Assembly: GCA_049840735.1 (NCBI GenBank)
Contig: JASGJN010000010.1
Location: 34,242 to 98,241 of the forward strand
Direction of reading: 5' to 3'
Length of the DNA stretch: 64,000 nt
Source of the DNA: Anaeromyxobacter sp.
GTDB lineage: Bacteria > Myxococcota > Myxococcia > Myxococcales > Anaeromyxobacteraceae
Both the position numbers and the translations under genes were made by a program. Positions 22,546-32,368 of the stretch are shown piece after piece (the first letter of the stretch is position 1; the number at the start of each line of letters is the position of its first letter). The notes under the pieces are model-generated. The model saw only the letters and a list, made by a program, of their open reading frames with translations. It did no database searches and had not been told where the DNA came from.

Positions 22546-23304
22546 TCACAAACTGAACGTCCCCTTGATGCCCAGCTCCAGCCACTGGTGCAGGGCCCGG
22601 TCGTGGATGGCGACGTCGGTGGTGGTGAAGCCGGCGCCGCGGGCCTCGACCGAGGTGTAGGTCCCGAGCGACCAGGAGACGAACGGGCCGAGGGTGAACC
22701 AGCGCCCCAGCGCGAGGTCCAGCCCGCCCTCCAGCATCGGCAGCTCGAAGGCCGTGTAGGTCACCTCGCCGAAGAACGGGTTCCCGAGCGGGTCCACCAG
22801 CGTGGTGTCGGCCTGCAGCACCTCGACGCCGAGGCCCACGCCCACCCACGGATCCACCGGCGCCCCCGGGCGCAGGTGCAGCTGCAGGTCCACGCCGAAG
22901 CGCCAGTCGAACGCGTCGCAGCTCTGCCCTGGTGGGCAGTAGACGTCCGAGACGGTGGTGGGGGCCAGCTCGATGAAGACCCCGCCGCGGACCGCCGGGT
23001 TGAAGCGGTAGCCCAGCTCAAGCCAGATGGGGAGCTTGTGGTCGACGAGGTCGCCCAGGCGCGGATCGCCCTCGTCCGAGATGTCGCCGCCCGGCCACCC
23101 GTAGCCGAAGCGCGCACCCAGCGTGAGGCCGGTCGGTCCCGGTCCGGGCGGAGGGGGCGGCGGGCGCTGCGGCGGAGGCGCGGCCGGGCGGGCCGGCGCA
23201 GGCGCGGTGCCGCCGGGATAGCGCGGGTCGTACTGCGCAGCGGCCGACGCCGGCGCGAGGAGCAGGGAAAGGGCGGCGGCCAGCTGCAGCGAGCGGATGC
23301 GCAT
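22546..23304 (-). CDS. outer-membrane beta-barrel protein
   Basis: signal peptide, Pro-rich linker, alternating beta strands, C-terminal WLELGIKGTFSL. Confidence 0.75.
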   Translation of the reverse strand: MRIRSLQLAAALSLLLAPASAAAQYDPRYPGGTAPAPARPAAPPPQRPPPPPPGPGPTGLTLGARFGYGWPGGDISDEGDPRLGDLVDHKLPIWLELGYRFNPAVRGGVFIELAPTTVSDVYCPPGQSCDAFDWRFGVDLQLHLRPGAPVDPWVGVGLGVEVLQADTTLVDPLGNPFFGEVTYTAFELPMLEGGLDLALGRWFTLGPFVSWSLGTYTSVEARGAGFTTTDVAIHDRALHQWLELGIKGTFSL

Positions 23305-23392
23305 GTGCCCTCCGGGGCGCTCACCCGGCCGCCCCGCGTGAGGCTCGGGGCGACCGGAGCGCTCCGGCGAGTCTACTGCGGCGCCGGCGCGG

Positions 23393-24964
23393 CTACTCGA
23401 CCTTCATGCCGGGCGTCCAGCGGAGCACCGGCTTGCGCGCCGCCCGGGTCTCGTCCAGCCGCGCCCGGATCGCCCGCGTGGGGGCCGCCTTCACCGCGTC
23501 CGGGCTCGACCTGGCCTCGGCGGCGATGGCCTGCATGGCCTCGACGAAGGCGTCGAGCGTCTCCTTCGACTCGGTCTCGGTCGGCTCGATCATGAGCGCG
23601 CCCTGCACCACAAGCGGGAAGTAGATGGTGGGCGGGTGGAAGCCGTGGTCGATGAGCCGCTTCGCGACGTCCATGGTGGTGACGCCGTCGGTCTTCTGCG
23701 TCCGGTCGTCGAAGACCACCTCGTGCAGCGAGTCGGTCTCGTAGGGCAGGTGGAAGGCGTCCTTCAGCCTGGCCCGCAGGTAGTTGGCGTTGAGCACCGC
23801 CAGCTCGCCGGTGGCCCGCACGCCCTCGGGGCCGTACTCGCGGATGAGGGCCCAGGCGCGGGTGAACATCCCGAAGTTGCCCCAGAACTCGCGCAGCTTG
23901 CCGATGGTCTGCGGCCGCTCGGCGGGATCGGTCACCAGCCGGTAGGCCTGCCCCTCCTTCACCACCACCGGCAGCGGCAGGAACGGCGCCAGGGCCGCCT
24001 TCACCGCCACCGGGCCGGAGCCCGGCCCGCCGCCGCCGTGGGGCGTGGCGAAGGTCTTGTGCAGGTTGTACTGGATGACGTCGAAGCCCATGTCGCCCGG
24101 CCGGGCCACGCCCAGCAGCGCGTTCATGTTGGCGCCGTCGCCGTAGACCAGGCCGCCCTTGGCGTGGACGATCCCGGCGATCTCGGCGATGTGGCTCTCG
24201 AACACGCCCAGCGTGTTCGGGTTGGTGATCATGATCGCGGCCACGTCCTCGTCCATGGCGGCGCGGACCGTCTCCGGGTGGAGCCGCCCGTCCTCGCCGG
24301 ACGCCAGCTGCACCACCGCGTACCCGTTGAGCGCGGAGGAGGCCGGGTTGGTGCCGTGGGCGGTGTCGGGGATGAGCACCTTCTTGCGCGGGTTGCCGCG
24401 CGCCTGGTGGTAGGCGCCGATCACCATCAGCCCGCACAGCTCGCCCTGCGCGCCGGCCGCGGGCGTGAGCGTGGTGGCGTCGAAGCCGGCGATCTCGCTG
24501 AGCGCCCGCTCCAGCCCGTACATCAGCTCCAGCGCCCCCTGGCAGAGCTCGGCCGGCGTGAGCGGGTGCAGCCCGGCGAACCCGGGCAGCCGCGCCAGGG
24601 CCTCGCTCGACTTCGGGTTGTACTTCATGGTGCAGGAGCCGAGCGGGTAGAACCCGGTGTCGATGCCGTGGTTCCAGCTGGAGAGGTGGGTGAAGTGGCG
24701 GACCACCTCCAGCTCGGACAGCTCCGGCAGCCCGTCCACCTCGGCGCGCAGCAGCGCCGCGGGCAGCTCCTGGGCGGGGTCGTGGGCAGGGTCGGCGGGC
24801 GGGAGCGACACGCCGGTGCGGCCGCGCGAGCCGTGCTCGAAGACCAGCGGCTCCTCGTGCGCCAGGCCGCGGACGGCGCCGCCCAGGCCGGTGGCCTCGG
24901 GGCCCGCCTGCGGCGCGGCGGCGTCCTTCTCCAGGGTGGGCTTCCAGCCGGTGGGGTTGGCCAT
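23393..24964 (-). CDS. gcvPB: glycine dehydrogenase subunit 2
   Basis: YPLGSCTMKYNP, AHGTNPAS, YGDGANMNA, NLHKTFATPHGGGGPG, MIEPTETE. Confidence 0.95.
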   Translation of the reverse strand: MANPTGWKPTLEKDAAAPQAGPEATGLGGAVRGLAHEEPLVFEHGSRGRTGVSLPPADPAHDPAQELPAALLRAEVDGLPELSELEVVRHFTHLSSWNHGIDTGFYPLGSCTMKYNPKSSEALARLPGFAGLHPLTPAELCQGALELMYGLERALSEIAGFDATTLTPAAGAQGELCGLMVIGAYHQARGNPRKKVLIPDTAHGTNPASSALNGYAVVQLASGEDGRLHPETVRAAMDEDVAAIMITNPNTLGVFESHIAEIAGIVHAKGGLVYGDGANMNALLGVARPGDMGFDVIQYNLHKTFATPHGGGGPGSGPVAVKAALAPFLPLPVVVKEGQAYRLVTDPAERPQTIGKLREFWGNFGMFTRAWALIREYGPEGVRATGELAVLNANYLRARLKDAFHLPYETDSLHEVVFDDRTQKTDGVTTMDVAKRLIDHGFHPPTIYFPLVVQGALMIEPTETESKETLDAFVEAMQAIAAEARSSPDAVKAAPTRAIRARLDETRAARKPVLRWTPGMKVE

Positions 24965-24966
24965 GG

Positions 24967-26304
24967 CTAGCTCCTCACCGACTTCGCGAAGAGGTCGATG
25001 AGCTCCGGGGAGTGGAGCTCGGTGGCGACGCAGAGCAGCGCGCCCTTCGCCCTCGGGTGATCGGGGAACCAGCGGGCCAGCGGCGCGCCGGCCACCAGGC
25101 CGCGCCTCGCCAGCCGGGTCACCACCGCCTCGGCGTCGCCCACGTCGAAGGCCTGCTCGTTGAAGATCGGGCCGGTGAAGGCCGGCTTCACGCCCACCGC
25201 CGCCAGCGCCTCGCGCAGGCGGCGGGCCCGGGCGTGGTTGAGGCGGGCCAGGTCGGAGAGCCCCTTCCTGCCCAGCAGCGAGAGGTGGATGGTGGCCGCC
25301 AGCGCGCACAGGCCGGCGTTGGTGCAGACGTTGGACGTGGCCTTCTCGCGCCGGATGTGCTGCTCGCGGGTGGAGAGGGTGAGCACGAACCCGCGGCGGC
25401 CCTGCTTGTCCACGGTGGCGCCGCAGACGCGCCCGGGCAGCTGGCGCAGGTAGGCCTCGCGGATGGCGAAGAAGCCCGGGGCCGGGCCGCCGAAGCCCAT
25501 GGGGTTGCCGAAGCTCTGGAAGGTGCCGACCGCCACGTCCGCGCCCAGCGCGCCGGGGGACTGCAGGAGCCCCAGCGACAGGGCCTCGGCGGTGACCGCC
25601 ACGGTCAGCGCGCCGGCCTTCTTCGCCAGCGCCGCCGCCTCGGGCAGCGCGTCCACCACGCCCAGGAAGTTTGGGTAGCCGACGATCACCGCGGCCGTGT
25701 CTGCGTCCACCGCCCGCTCCAGCGCGGCCAGGTCGGTCCGGCCGTCGTCGCCGAAGGGCACGGTGACCACGGCGTCGTGGGTCGAGCGCAGGTAGGTGGC
25801 GAGCACCTTGCGGTACTCGGGGTGGACCGCCGCGCTGACCACGATCTTCCTGCGGCCGGTCACGCGGGCGGCCATCAGCGCCGCCTCGGCGGTGGCGCTG
25901 GCGCCGTCGTAGAGCGAGGCGTTGGAGACCTCCAGGCCGGTGAGCAGGCAGACGAAGGTCTGCCACTCGAACAGCGCCTGGAGCGTGCCCTGCGAGATCT
26001 CCGGCTGGTAGGGCGTGTAGGCGGTGAAGAACTCGCCCCTGAGCAGCAGCTGGTCGACCACCGGCGGCACGTGGTGCGGGTAGCAGCCGGCCCCGGCGAA
26101 GGGCGGGTGGCCCACCTCGTTGGCCGCCGCCAGCCGCCGGAACTCGGCGAAGAGGGCGATCTCGTCCAGCGCCGGCGGGAGGTCGAGCGGCCGCTCCAGC
26201 CTGAGCTGCGGGGGGATGGAGCGGAACAGCTCGGGGACGGTCTTGGCCCCCACGACGTCCAGCATGGCGCGGACGTCCTCGGGGGTGTGGGGATGGTAGC
26301 GCAA
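24967..26304 (-). CDS. gcvPA: glycine dehydrogenase subunit 1
   Basis: [44 protein letters not shown] start. Confidence 0.95.
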   Translation of the reverse strand: MRYHPHTPEDVRAMLDVVGAKTVPELFRSIPPQLRLERPLDLPPALDEIALFAEFRRLAAANEVGHPPFAGAGCYPHHVPPVVDQLLLRGEFFTAYTPYQPEISQGTLQALFEWQTFVCLLTGLEVSNASLYDGASATAEAALMAARVTGRRKIVVSAAVHPEYRKVLATYLRSTHDAVVTVPFGDDGRTDLAALERAVDADTAAVIVGYPNFLGVVDALPEAAALAKKAGALTVAVTAEALSLGLLQSPGALGADVAVGTFQSFGNPMGFGGPAPGFFAIREAYLRQLPGRVCGATVDKQGRRGFVLTLSTREQHIRREKATSNVCTNAGLCALAATIHLSLLGRKGLSDLARLNHARARRLREALAAVGVKPAFTGPIFNEQAFDVGDAEAVVTRLARRGLVAGAPLARWFPDHPRAKGALLCVATELHSPELIDLFAKSVRS

Positions 26305-26393
26305 GCGGCACCTGGGCCGCGCGGTCCCAGGGCTGCACGGCGGGCCCGGCGCGGCGGGGAAGGGGAGGCGGGCCGCCGGGGGCGGCCCACCGG

Positions 26394-26780
26394 TCAGTCC
26401 TGCTCCTCCACGAACGCCTGATAACCGCGCGCGTCGAGCAGGTCATCCCACTCACGGGGCTCGGAGGGCTCGATCACCACCATCCAGCCCTCCTCGTACG
26501 GATCCTCGTTCACGGTCTCGGGCGCGTCGGAGAGGGGGTCGTTCACCTCGACCACCTTGCCGGTGAGCGGCGCGAAGAGCTCGGAGACGGCCTTGGTGGA
26601 CTCCACGACGCCGAACGACTCGCCCTTCTTGACGGTGTCGCCCACGGACGGCAGCTCCAGGTAGACCACGTCGCCCAGCTGGTCCTGCGCGAACTCGGTG
26701 ATGCCGACCACCACGTTGCCGCCCTTGCGGCGGGCCCACTCGTGCTCGCGGGTGTACCGGAGATCCTCGGGGAAGTTCAT
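26394..26780 (-). CDS. gcvH: glycine cleavage system H protein
   Basis: [21 protein letters not shown], lipoyl site [17 protein letters not shown]. Confidence 0.95.
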   Translation of the reverse strand: MNFPEDLRYTREHEWARRKGGNVVVGITEFAQDQLGDVVYLELPSVGDTVKKGESFGVVESTKAVSELFAPLTGKVVEVNDPLSDAPETVNEDPYEEGWMVVIEPSEPREWDDLLDARGYQAFVEEQD

Positions 26781-26794
26781 TCGGCGACTCCTGT

Positions 26795-27877
26795 TCAGCT
26801 GCGCGTGTAGAACGGCGTCTTGACGGCGCGCGCGGCGGCGGGCCGCCCGCGGATCTCGATCGAGAAGGTGGAGCCCTCGGCGGCCAGCGCCGGCGGGACA
26901 TAGGCCAGGCCCAGCGAGGTGCCCAGCGACGGGCTCCGGGTGCCGCTGGTCACCTCGCCCACCCGGCGCCCCTCCTGCAGCACGGGGTAGCCGTGGCGCG
27001 CGATGCCGGCGTCGGTGAGCACGAAGCCCACCAGCTTGCGGGCCAGCCCCTGCTGCTTCTGCCCGACCAGCGCGTCGCGGCCGATGAAGTCGCCCTTGTC
27101 CAGCTTCACCACCCAGCCCAGCCCGGCCTCGAGCGGCGTGGTCTCGTCGCCCATGTCCGAGCCGTAGAGCCGGTAGGCCATCTCCAGCCGGAGCGAGTCG
27201 CGCGCGCCCAGGCCGGCGGGCTGGAGCTTCTCGTGCGCGCCGGCCTCCATCAGCTCGCCCCACAGCCCGGCCGCGGAGCCGGGCGGGCAGAACAGCTCGA
27301 AGCCGTCCTCGCCGGTGTAGCCGGTGCGGGCCACCAGGCAGGGCACCCCCGCCACCTCGCCCTGGGCGAAGCGGTAGGAGCGCAGCGCGGAGAGGTTCAC
27401 GTTGGTGAGCCGCTGCAGCAGCTGGGCGGCGAGCGGCCCCTGGACCGCCAGCTGGGCCCACTCGTCCGACTCGTTGCGGACGTCGGCGCCGCCGGCGTGG
27501 CCGGCCAGCCACTCGAAGTCCTTCTGCCGGTTGGCGGCGTTCACGCAGACCAAGAGGTCGTCGGCGGCGCGGCGGTAGACCACCACGTCGTCGATGATGC
27601 CGCCGCTCTCGCGGCAGAGGCAGCCGTACTGGGCCTGGCCGTCGGCCACCTTGGAGAGGTCGTTGGTGAAGAGCCGGTTGAGCGCCTCGAGCGCCTTGGG
27701 GCCGCGGAAGACCACCTCGCCCATGTGCGAGACGTCGAAGATCCCGACTCGCTTCCGGACCGCCTCGTGCTCCGCCAGGATCCCCTCGTACTGGACCGGC
27801 ATGTCCCAGCCGGCGAACTCGACCATGCGCGCGCCGGCCTTCACGTGGGTGTCGTACAGGGGCGTTCGGAGGGCCAT
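26795..27877 (-). CDS. gcvT: aminomethyltransferase
   Basis: FAGWDMPVQY, FDVSHMG, RTGYTGEDGFE, GLGARDSLRLE. Confidence 0.96.
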   Translation of the reverse strand: MALRTPLYDTHVKAGARMVEFAGWDMPVQYEGILAEHEAVRKRVGIFDVSHMGEVVFRGPKALEALNRLFTNDLSKVADGQAQYGCLCRESGGIIDDVVVYRRAADDLLVCVNAANRQKDFEWLAGHAGGADVRNESDEWAQLAVQGPLAAQLLQRLTNVNLSALRSYRFAQGEVAGVPCLVARTGYTGEDGFELFCPPGSAAGLWGELMEAGAHEKLQPAGLGARDSLRLEMAYRLYGSDMGDETTPLEAGLGWVVKLDKGDFIGRDALVGQKQQGLARKLVGFVLTDAGIARHGYPVLQEGRRVGEVTSGTRSPSLGTSLGLAYVPPALAAEGSTFSIEIRGRPAAARAVKTPFYTRS

Positions 27878-28047
27878 GGAGGTGCGCCTCTGGGGGGCGG
27901 CGGGGGGTGGGCGCGGCGGATTGTACCGGGGTCGACCCGGGGGTCAAGCGTGGCCCGAGTGGGCCAGGTCCTGCCCAGTAAACGGGACCTTGGCCTAGTC
28001 GAGGAGGCCCCGGACCGCAAGCCGGAGCGGGCGCGTCCGGCCACCTT

Positions 28048-29142
28048 TCACTTGCAGGCCGTGGGCTCGCAGCGGCCCGCGCCGGCCGCGGCGCAGCAGT
28101 AGAGGGGGGCGCCGGCCGGCGACTCGAAGCGGTAGGACCAGCCGCTCGCCCCCACCTCGATCACGCCGTGGCCCCACTGCGTCGAGCCGTAGAGCTGCGT
28201 GGCGCCGGCGCCGGCCACCTCGCCGAACCGCTCCAGCGGCCGGCCCCGGCTGCCGTTGCCGGAGATGAGCACGTCCAGGCCGCCCGCCATGCGCAGGTGC
28301 TGCAGGTCGTGATCGTGGCCGGCCAGGAAGGCGGCGACGCGGCCGGCGCCGGCGGCCAGCAGCCGGTCCATCGCGGCCTGGTAGGCGGCGGTGCCGACCT
28401 GATCGCGGTGATCGCCGGCGGTGGCGGGCGGGTGGTGGCCGACCAGGAAGCAGGTCCGCCCCTGGCCGCAGCCGCGCGCGGCCTCGGCCACGAAGGCGAC
28501 CTCGTCGTCCAGGCGGAAGCCGCCGTAGCCGTCGTGCGCCACGAGGTTGGTGTCCACCACGATGAAGCGGGCCGGGCCGCGGTCCACCACGTAGTGGCGG
28601 GCCGGCATCGACCAGGCCGGCGAGGCGTGGGCCACCTCCAGGCAGGCCTGGCGCCGCGCCAGGTCGCCGCCCGGGTCGGAGTCGCGGCAGCTCCAGACGT
28701 CGTGGTTGCCGAGCGCCAGGTAGATGGGCAGGCCGCGGAGCGGCGCCAGGGCCGCCTCATGGCGGGCGAAGAGCGGGTCGTCCGGCGGGGTGAAGCCGGG
28801 CGCCACGGTGTTGTCGTCGGGGGCGAAGCGGCAGCCCTCGGCGCCGGCGACCGCCGGGTCCGGGCCGCACTCGTAGATGTTGTCGCCGGCGAAGAAGGCC
28901 AGCTCGAAGCGGGCGCGACGGTGGGCGGCGGCCAGCCCCTCGGCCACCTGCGCCTGCTGACAGGTCGGGTCGCCGAAGTCGCCCAGGTGGAGCACGCGCA
29001 GGCGCGGCTCGGCCACCTGCGGCGCCGGGGTCGGGTCGAGCGCCGCGCCGCGCCGGACCGCGAAGGTGGGCGAGCCGCAGGCGCAGCAGCCCAGCGGCGC
29101 CGCCAGCGCCAGCGCCGCCAGCGCGAGCGCGGCGCGGCTCAC
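28048..29142 (-). CDS. secreted or lipoprotein calcineurin-like metallophosphoesterase (acid-phosphatase type)
   Basis: GDFG, GDNIY, GNHD, GHHP, GHDH; GTG start overlaps the folD stop. Confidence 0.85.
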   Translation of the reverse strand: MSRAALALAALALAAPLGCCACGSPTFAVRRGAALDPTPAPQVAEPRLRVLHLGDFGDPTCQQAQVAEGLAAAHRRARFELAFFAGDNIYECGPDPAVAGAEGCRFAPDDNTVAPGFTPPDDPLFARHEAALAPLRGLPIYLALGNHDVWSCRDSDPGGDLARRQACLEVAHASPAWSMPARHYVVDRGPARFIVVDTNLVAHDGYGGFRLDDEVAFVAEAARGCGQGRTCFLVGHHPPATAGDHRDQVGTAAYQAAMDRLLAAGAGRVAAFLAGHDHDLQHLRMAGGLDVLISGNGSRGRPLERFGEVAGAGATQLYGSTQWGHGVIEVGASGWSYRFESPAGAPLYCCAAAGAGRCEPTACK

Positions 29143-29999
29143 CGGAGCGCCCGGCGCGCCCGGCGCGCCAGCTCCACGGTGTTCACGAGGAGCATGGCCC
29201 GGGTCATGGGGCCGACGCCGCCCGGCACCGGGGTGATGGCGGAGGCGCGGCGGGAGGCGACCGCGAACTCCACGTCGCCCACCAGCTTGCCGTCGGCGCG
29301 CTTGTTCATGCCCACGTCGACGACGACCGCGCCCTCGCGGATCCACTCGCCCTTCACGAGCTCGGCCCGGCCGATGGCGGCCACCACCACCTCGGCGCGC
29401 CCCACCTCGGCGGCCAGGTCGGCGGTGCGCGAGTGGGCGACGGTGACGGTGGCGTGGCGCTCCAGCAGCAGCGCCGCCATGGGCTTGCCCACGATGTTGG
29501 AGCGGCCGATCACCAGCGCACGCTTGCCCTTCAGGTCGACCTTGGTCTCGTCCAGCATGCGGATCACGCCGGCCGGGGTGCAGGGGCGGGGCACGCCGGG
29601 GAGGCCGACGGAGAGGGCGCCCACGTTGAAGGGGTGGAAGCCGTCGGCGTCCTTGGCCGGGGAGATGGCGTTGAGGACCGCCTGCTCGTCCAGGCCCCTG
29701 GGGAGCGGCAGCTGGACCAGGATGCCGTGCACCGAGGGGTCGGCGTTGAGCCTGGCCACCAGCGCCAGCAGCTCGGCCTGGGCGGTGGTGGCGGGCAGGT
29801 GGTGCTCCACCGAGGCGATGCCCACCTCCTCGCAGTCGCGCCGCTTGCCGCGGACGTAGACCTCGGAGGCGGGGTCGTCGCCCACGCGCACCACGGTCAG
29901 CCCGACCTGGAGCCCGCGGGCGGCCAGCTCCCGCGCCGCCTCGGCCACCTCCGCCTTCACCTTCGCCGCGATCTGCTTGCCGTCGATCAGGGTCGCCAT
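29139..29999 (-). CDS. folD: methylenetetrahydrofolate dehydrogenase/cyclohydrolase
   Basis: [44 protein letters not shown]. Confidence 0.97.
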   Translation of the reverse strand: MATLIDGKQIAAKVKAEVAEAARELAARGLQVGLTVVRVGDDPASEVYVRGKRRDCEEVGIASVEHHLPATTAQAELLALVARLNADPSVHGILVQLPLPRGLDEQAVLNAISPAKDADGFHPFNVGALSVGLPGVPRPCTPAGVIRMLDETKVDLKGKRALVIGRSNIVGKPMAALLLERHATVTVAHSRTADLAAEVGRAEVVVAAIGRAELVKGEWIREGAVVVDVGMNKRADGKLVGDVEFAVASRRASAITPVPGGVGPMTRAMLLVNTVELARRARRALR

Positions 30000-30105
30000 G
30001 AGGGCGCGCAGTATAGCGCCGGCCCGCGGTCGGCTCCCGCGCTAAGATGCCCGCGCGTGGCCACCCGGGAGGAGCCCGGCCGCCCGCTGCCTGGAGAGCC
30101 GACCC

Positions 30106-30585
30106 ATGACCGTGTGCCCGACCTGCAAGAACACCCCGCTCGACGCCCAGGGGCGGTGCGTGACCTGCGCCGCGCAGGCCGACGGCATGGTGGTGCTCGA
30201 TCGCAAGGCCTTCGACGTGATCCGGCAGGAGCTGGAGCAGCTGGCCGAGGCGGGGCTGTCGCCGGAGATGGAGGAGGTCCCGTCGGCCGACGAGCCGGCC
30301 ATGCGCCGCGCCCGCCCGGCGGTCTGGAACCTCTACGTGCCGAAGGACGAGGCCCCCCGCGCCCAGGAGCTCCTGGGCAAGGCCTGGGCGCAGCTGCTGG
30401 ACGAGGGCGCCCGGGAGGCGGCCGTGCGCGGGATGGGGCCCATCGACCTGGACGCCGGGGGCGAGATCACCTGCCCGGCCTGCGGCCACACCTTCCCGGC
30501 CCAGGGAAACCTGACCGAGTGCCCGGACTGCGGCCTGGGGCTGGGCGTGGGGGACGCCGCGCCGGAGGACGAGGGGCGCCGCTGA
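30106..30585 (+). CDS. double zinc-ribbon hypothetical protein
   Basis: CPTC, CVTC, CPAC, CPDC motifs; GGAGA RBS. Confidence 0.7.
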   Translation: MTVCPTCKNTPLDAQGRCVTCAAQADGMVVLDRKAFDVIRQELEQLAEAGLSPEMEEVPSADEPAMRRARPAVWNLYVPKDEAPRAQELLGKAWAQLLDEGAREAAVRGMGPIDLDAGGEITCPACGHTFPAQGNLTECPDCGLGLGVGDAAPEDEGRR

Positions 30586-30722
30586 GCCGCCCGGCGCGCG
30601 GCCGGGCGGGACGAAGGCGGCCGCCGCCGCCGGGGCCAAGGTTGGCCCGGGCGGAGGCGGCCTGGGGACGGGATCGCTGCGCCGGAGGGGCGGCGCCGCG
30701 GGAGGGGTGATCCCGTCCGAGG

Positions 30723-32012
30723 TCAGAGCCCCTTGGGCGCGCCCACCGCGGCGGTGGCGCTGAACGTGTACAGGATGCCGACGCCGAAGCCCTTGGTGTC
30801 GCCGCCGGGCGCCACGGCGCCGGGGCCCCCGACCACGCCGTAGGTGCCGGAGCGGTCGTTGGTGGTCTGGTAGTAGGCGGCGTAGACGTCCGCGGTCTTG
30901 GTGAGCCCGTAGGAGTAGCCGAGGGCGAGCGCCTGGGCGCCCAGCCCGCTGGTGCTGCACGCGCCGGCGCCCACGACCTTGCAGTCACCCGCGGCGGCCT
31001 GCCCGAAGCTGCCGAACACCTGGTGGTCGCCGAACCGCTGCTGGACCAGGGCGTAGTAGGCGAGCCGCTGGTAGGACCGGACGGCGCCGTCGGCCTGCTC
31101 GTCGTTCTCGTAGGACAGCCGCTCGCCCACCGCCGACAGCTTCGTGCCGGTCGGGAGGGAGACCTGCGCGATCACCTCGTGGCCCTGGTCGGTCGAGCCG
31201 GTGTTGGTGAGCGTGGCGCCGGCGGACCCGCCCAGCTGGGAGAGGCCGAAGTAGTCGACGTGGCGCTCGTAGGCGTAGCGCAGCGTCAGCGGCCCGTTCA
31301 CGTAGCTCAGCAGCGCGGAGTAGAGCGTGGGGCTGACGGAGGGCGCGGTGGCGCTGGCGGCGGTGCGGGTCTCGTTCACGGAGGCGGCCAGCCGGGCCGA
31401 GAGGCCGTAGAACTCCGGGGACCAGTACTGCAGGCTGTTGCCCTGGCGGCGGTTGAAGGCCGCGTCGGCCTTGGCGTTGATGCGGCCGGACTGGGTGGTG
31501 GTGCCGGGGACGCCGAAGCCGGGGTTGGCGGTGATGGCGTTGTCGAACGGGTTCAGGCCGCGCAGCGCGCCGACCATCAGCACCGGGTACTTGTAGGGCG
31601 TGTCCCAGTTGCCCACCAGCGCGCGCCCGAACTTGCCCTTCACGCCCACCGCGCTGTTCCGGGAGGCCCAGGCGTTCGGCGCGTCGCCGTCCGGGCTGAC
31701 CGCGCTCTCGATCTGGAAGACGATCTGCAGATCCTCGCCGAGGACGTCCAGGCCGCCCTTGAAGCCGAGGTTGGAGGTGCCGGAGGTGACGCGGAACCGC
31801 TGCGGCACGTCCACGCCGGTGTAGGCCGCGGCCGCGACCTGCGTGGCGCCGCCGGTGGCGGGCGTCAGGCCCGGCGCGGTCGCGCCGGTCACGCGGGCGT
31901 TGTCCACGAAGGGCATGAGCGTGCCGTACACCGTCACCTCGCCCTCCAGGGCGGAGGCGGCGAGCGGGGTGCTGAGCAGGGCGATGAGGAGCGGTCGGAG
32001 GGATTGGTGCAT
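30723..32012 (-). CDS. Gram-negative porin
   Basis: signal peptide, VTVYG, SNLGFKG, RNSAVG, GNWDTPYK, NSLQYWSP, GVGILYTF. Confidence 0.88.
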   Translation of the reverse strand: MHQSLRPLLIALLSTPLAASALEGEVTVYGTLMPFVDNARVTGATAPGLTPATGGATQVAAAAYTGVDVPQRFRVTSGTSNLGFKGGLDVLGEDLQIVFQIESAVSPDGDAPNAWASRNSAVGVKGKFGRALVGNWDTPYKYPVLMVGALRGLNPFDNAITANPGFGVPGTTTQSGRINAKADAAFNRRQGNSLQYWSPEFYGLSARLAASVNETRTAASATAPSVSPTLYSALLSYVNGPLTLRYAYERHVDYFGLSQLGGSAGATLTNTGSTDQGHEVIAQVSLPTGTKLSAVGERLSYENDEQADGAVRSYQRLAYYALVQQRFGDHQVFGSFGQAAAGDCKVVGAGACSTSGLGAQALALGYSYGLTKTADVYAAYYQTTNDRSGTYGVVGGPGAVAPGGDTKGFGVGILYTFSATAAVGAPKGL

Positions 32013-32136
32013 GGGGTTCCTCGGGCCAGGCCTCCCCGTGGCCGCGCGCCGGGAGTGGCGGGCAGCCGCGGGCGAGGGGCCGTCCACGGGTGGGCCTCGT
32101 CTGGTGGCCGGCGAAGGCCGGCGCGGGACCTCCCTG

Positions 32137-32152
32137 AGCACGGTGCGTGCCA
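32137..32152 (-). promoter_or_regulatory. sigma54 promoter of the porin gene
   Basis: minus strand TGGCACGCACCGTGCT = GG-N10-GC. Confidence 0.75.
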
Positions 32153-32216
32153 CGGGGCGCCGGCGCGGAAAGCCGCGTGCGCCGCGGCCACCGCCGCGCC
32201 GGAGGCTCCGCCCTCT

Positions 32217-32248
32217 TCTCACGATGAGAGGCGCTTCTCGTTTCGAGA
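32217..32248. promoter_or_regulatory. tandem palindromic enhancer sites TCTCRnnnYGAGA
   Basis: TCTCACGATGAGA at 32217-32229 and TCTCGTTTCGAGA at 32236-32248, between two divergent sigma54 motifs. Confidence 0.75.
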
Positions 32249-32304
32249 GAGAGCCGGCCCGGTGGCGGGGCGCCAAAGCGCCGTCCTGGCGGCGGGAGCG
32301 CGCC

Positions 32305-32320
32305 CGGCACGCTCCGTGCT
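32305..32320 (+). promoter_or_regulatory. sigma54 promoter of the flavocytochrome c operon
   Basis: CGGCACGCTCCGTGCT = GG-N10-GC, about 50 bp upstream of ATG 32369. Confidence 0.72.
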
Positions 32321-32368
32321 CTGGGGTGGCGACGTTCGCAGAGCCCTTCACCAGGAGCGCACGACCCC

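Noticed and set aside
27878..28047. Glycine riboswitch upstream of gcvT
   Set aside because: No recognisable GGAGA...CCGAAG...CTCTCAGG aptamer core; a covariance-model search would be decisive.
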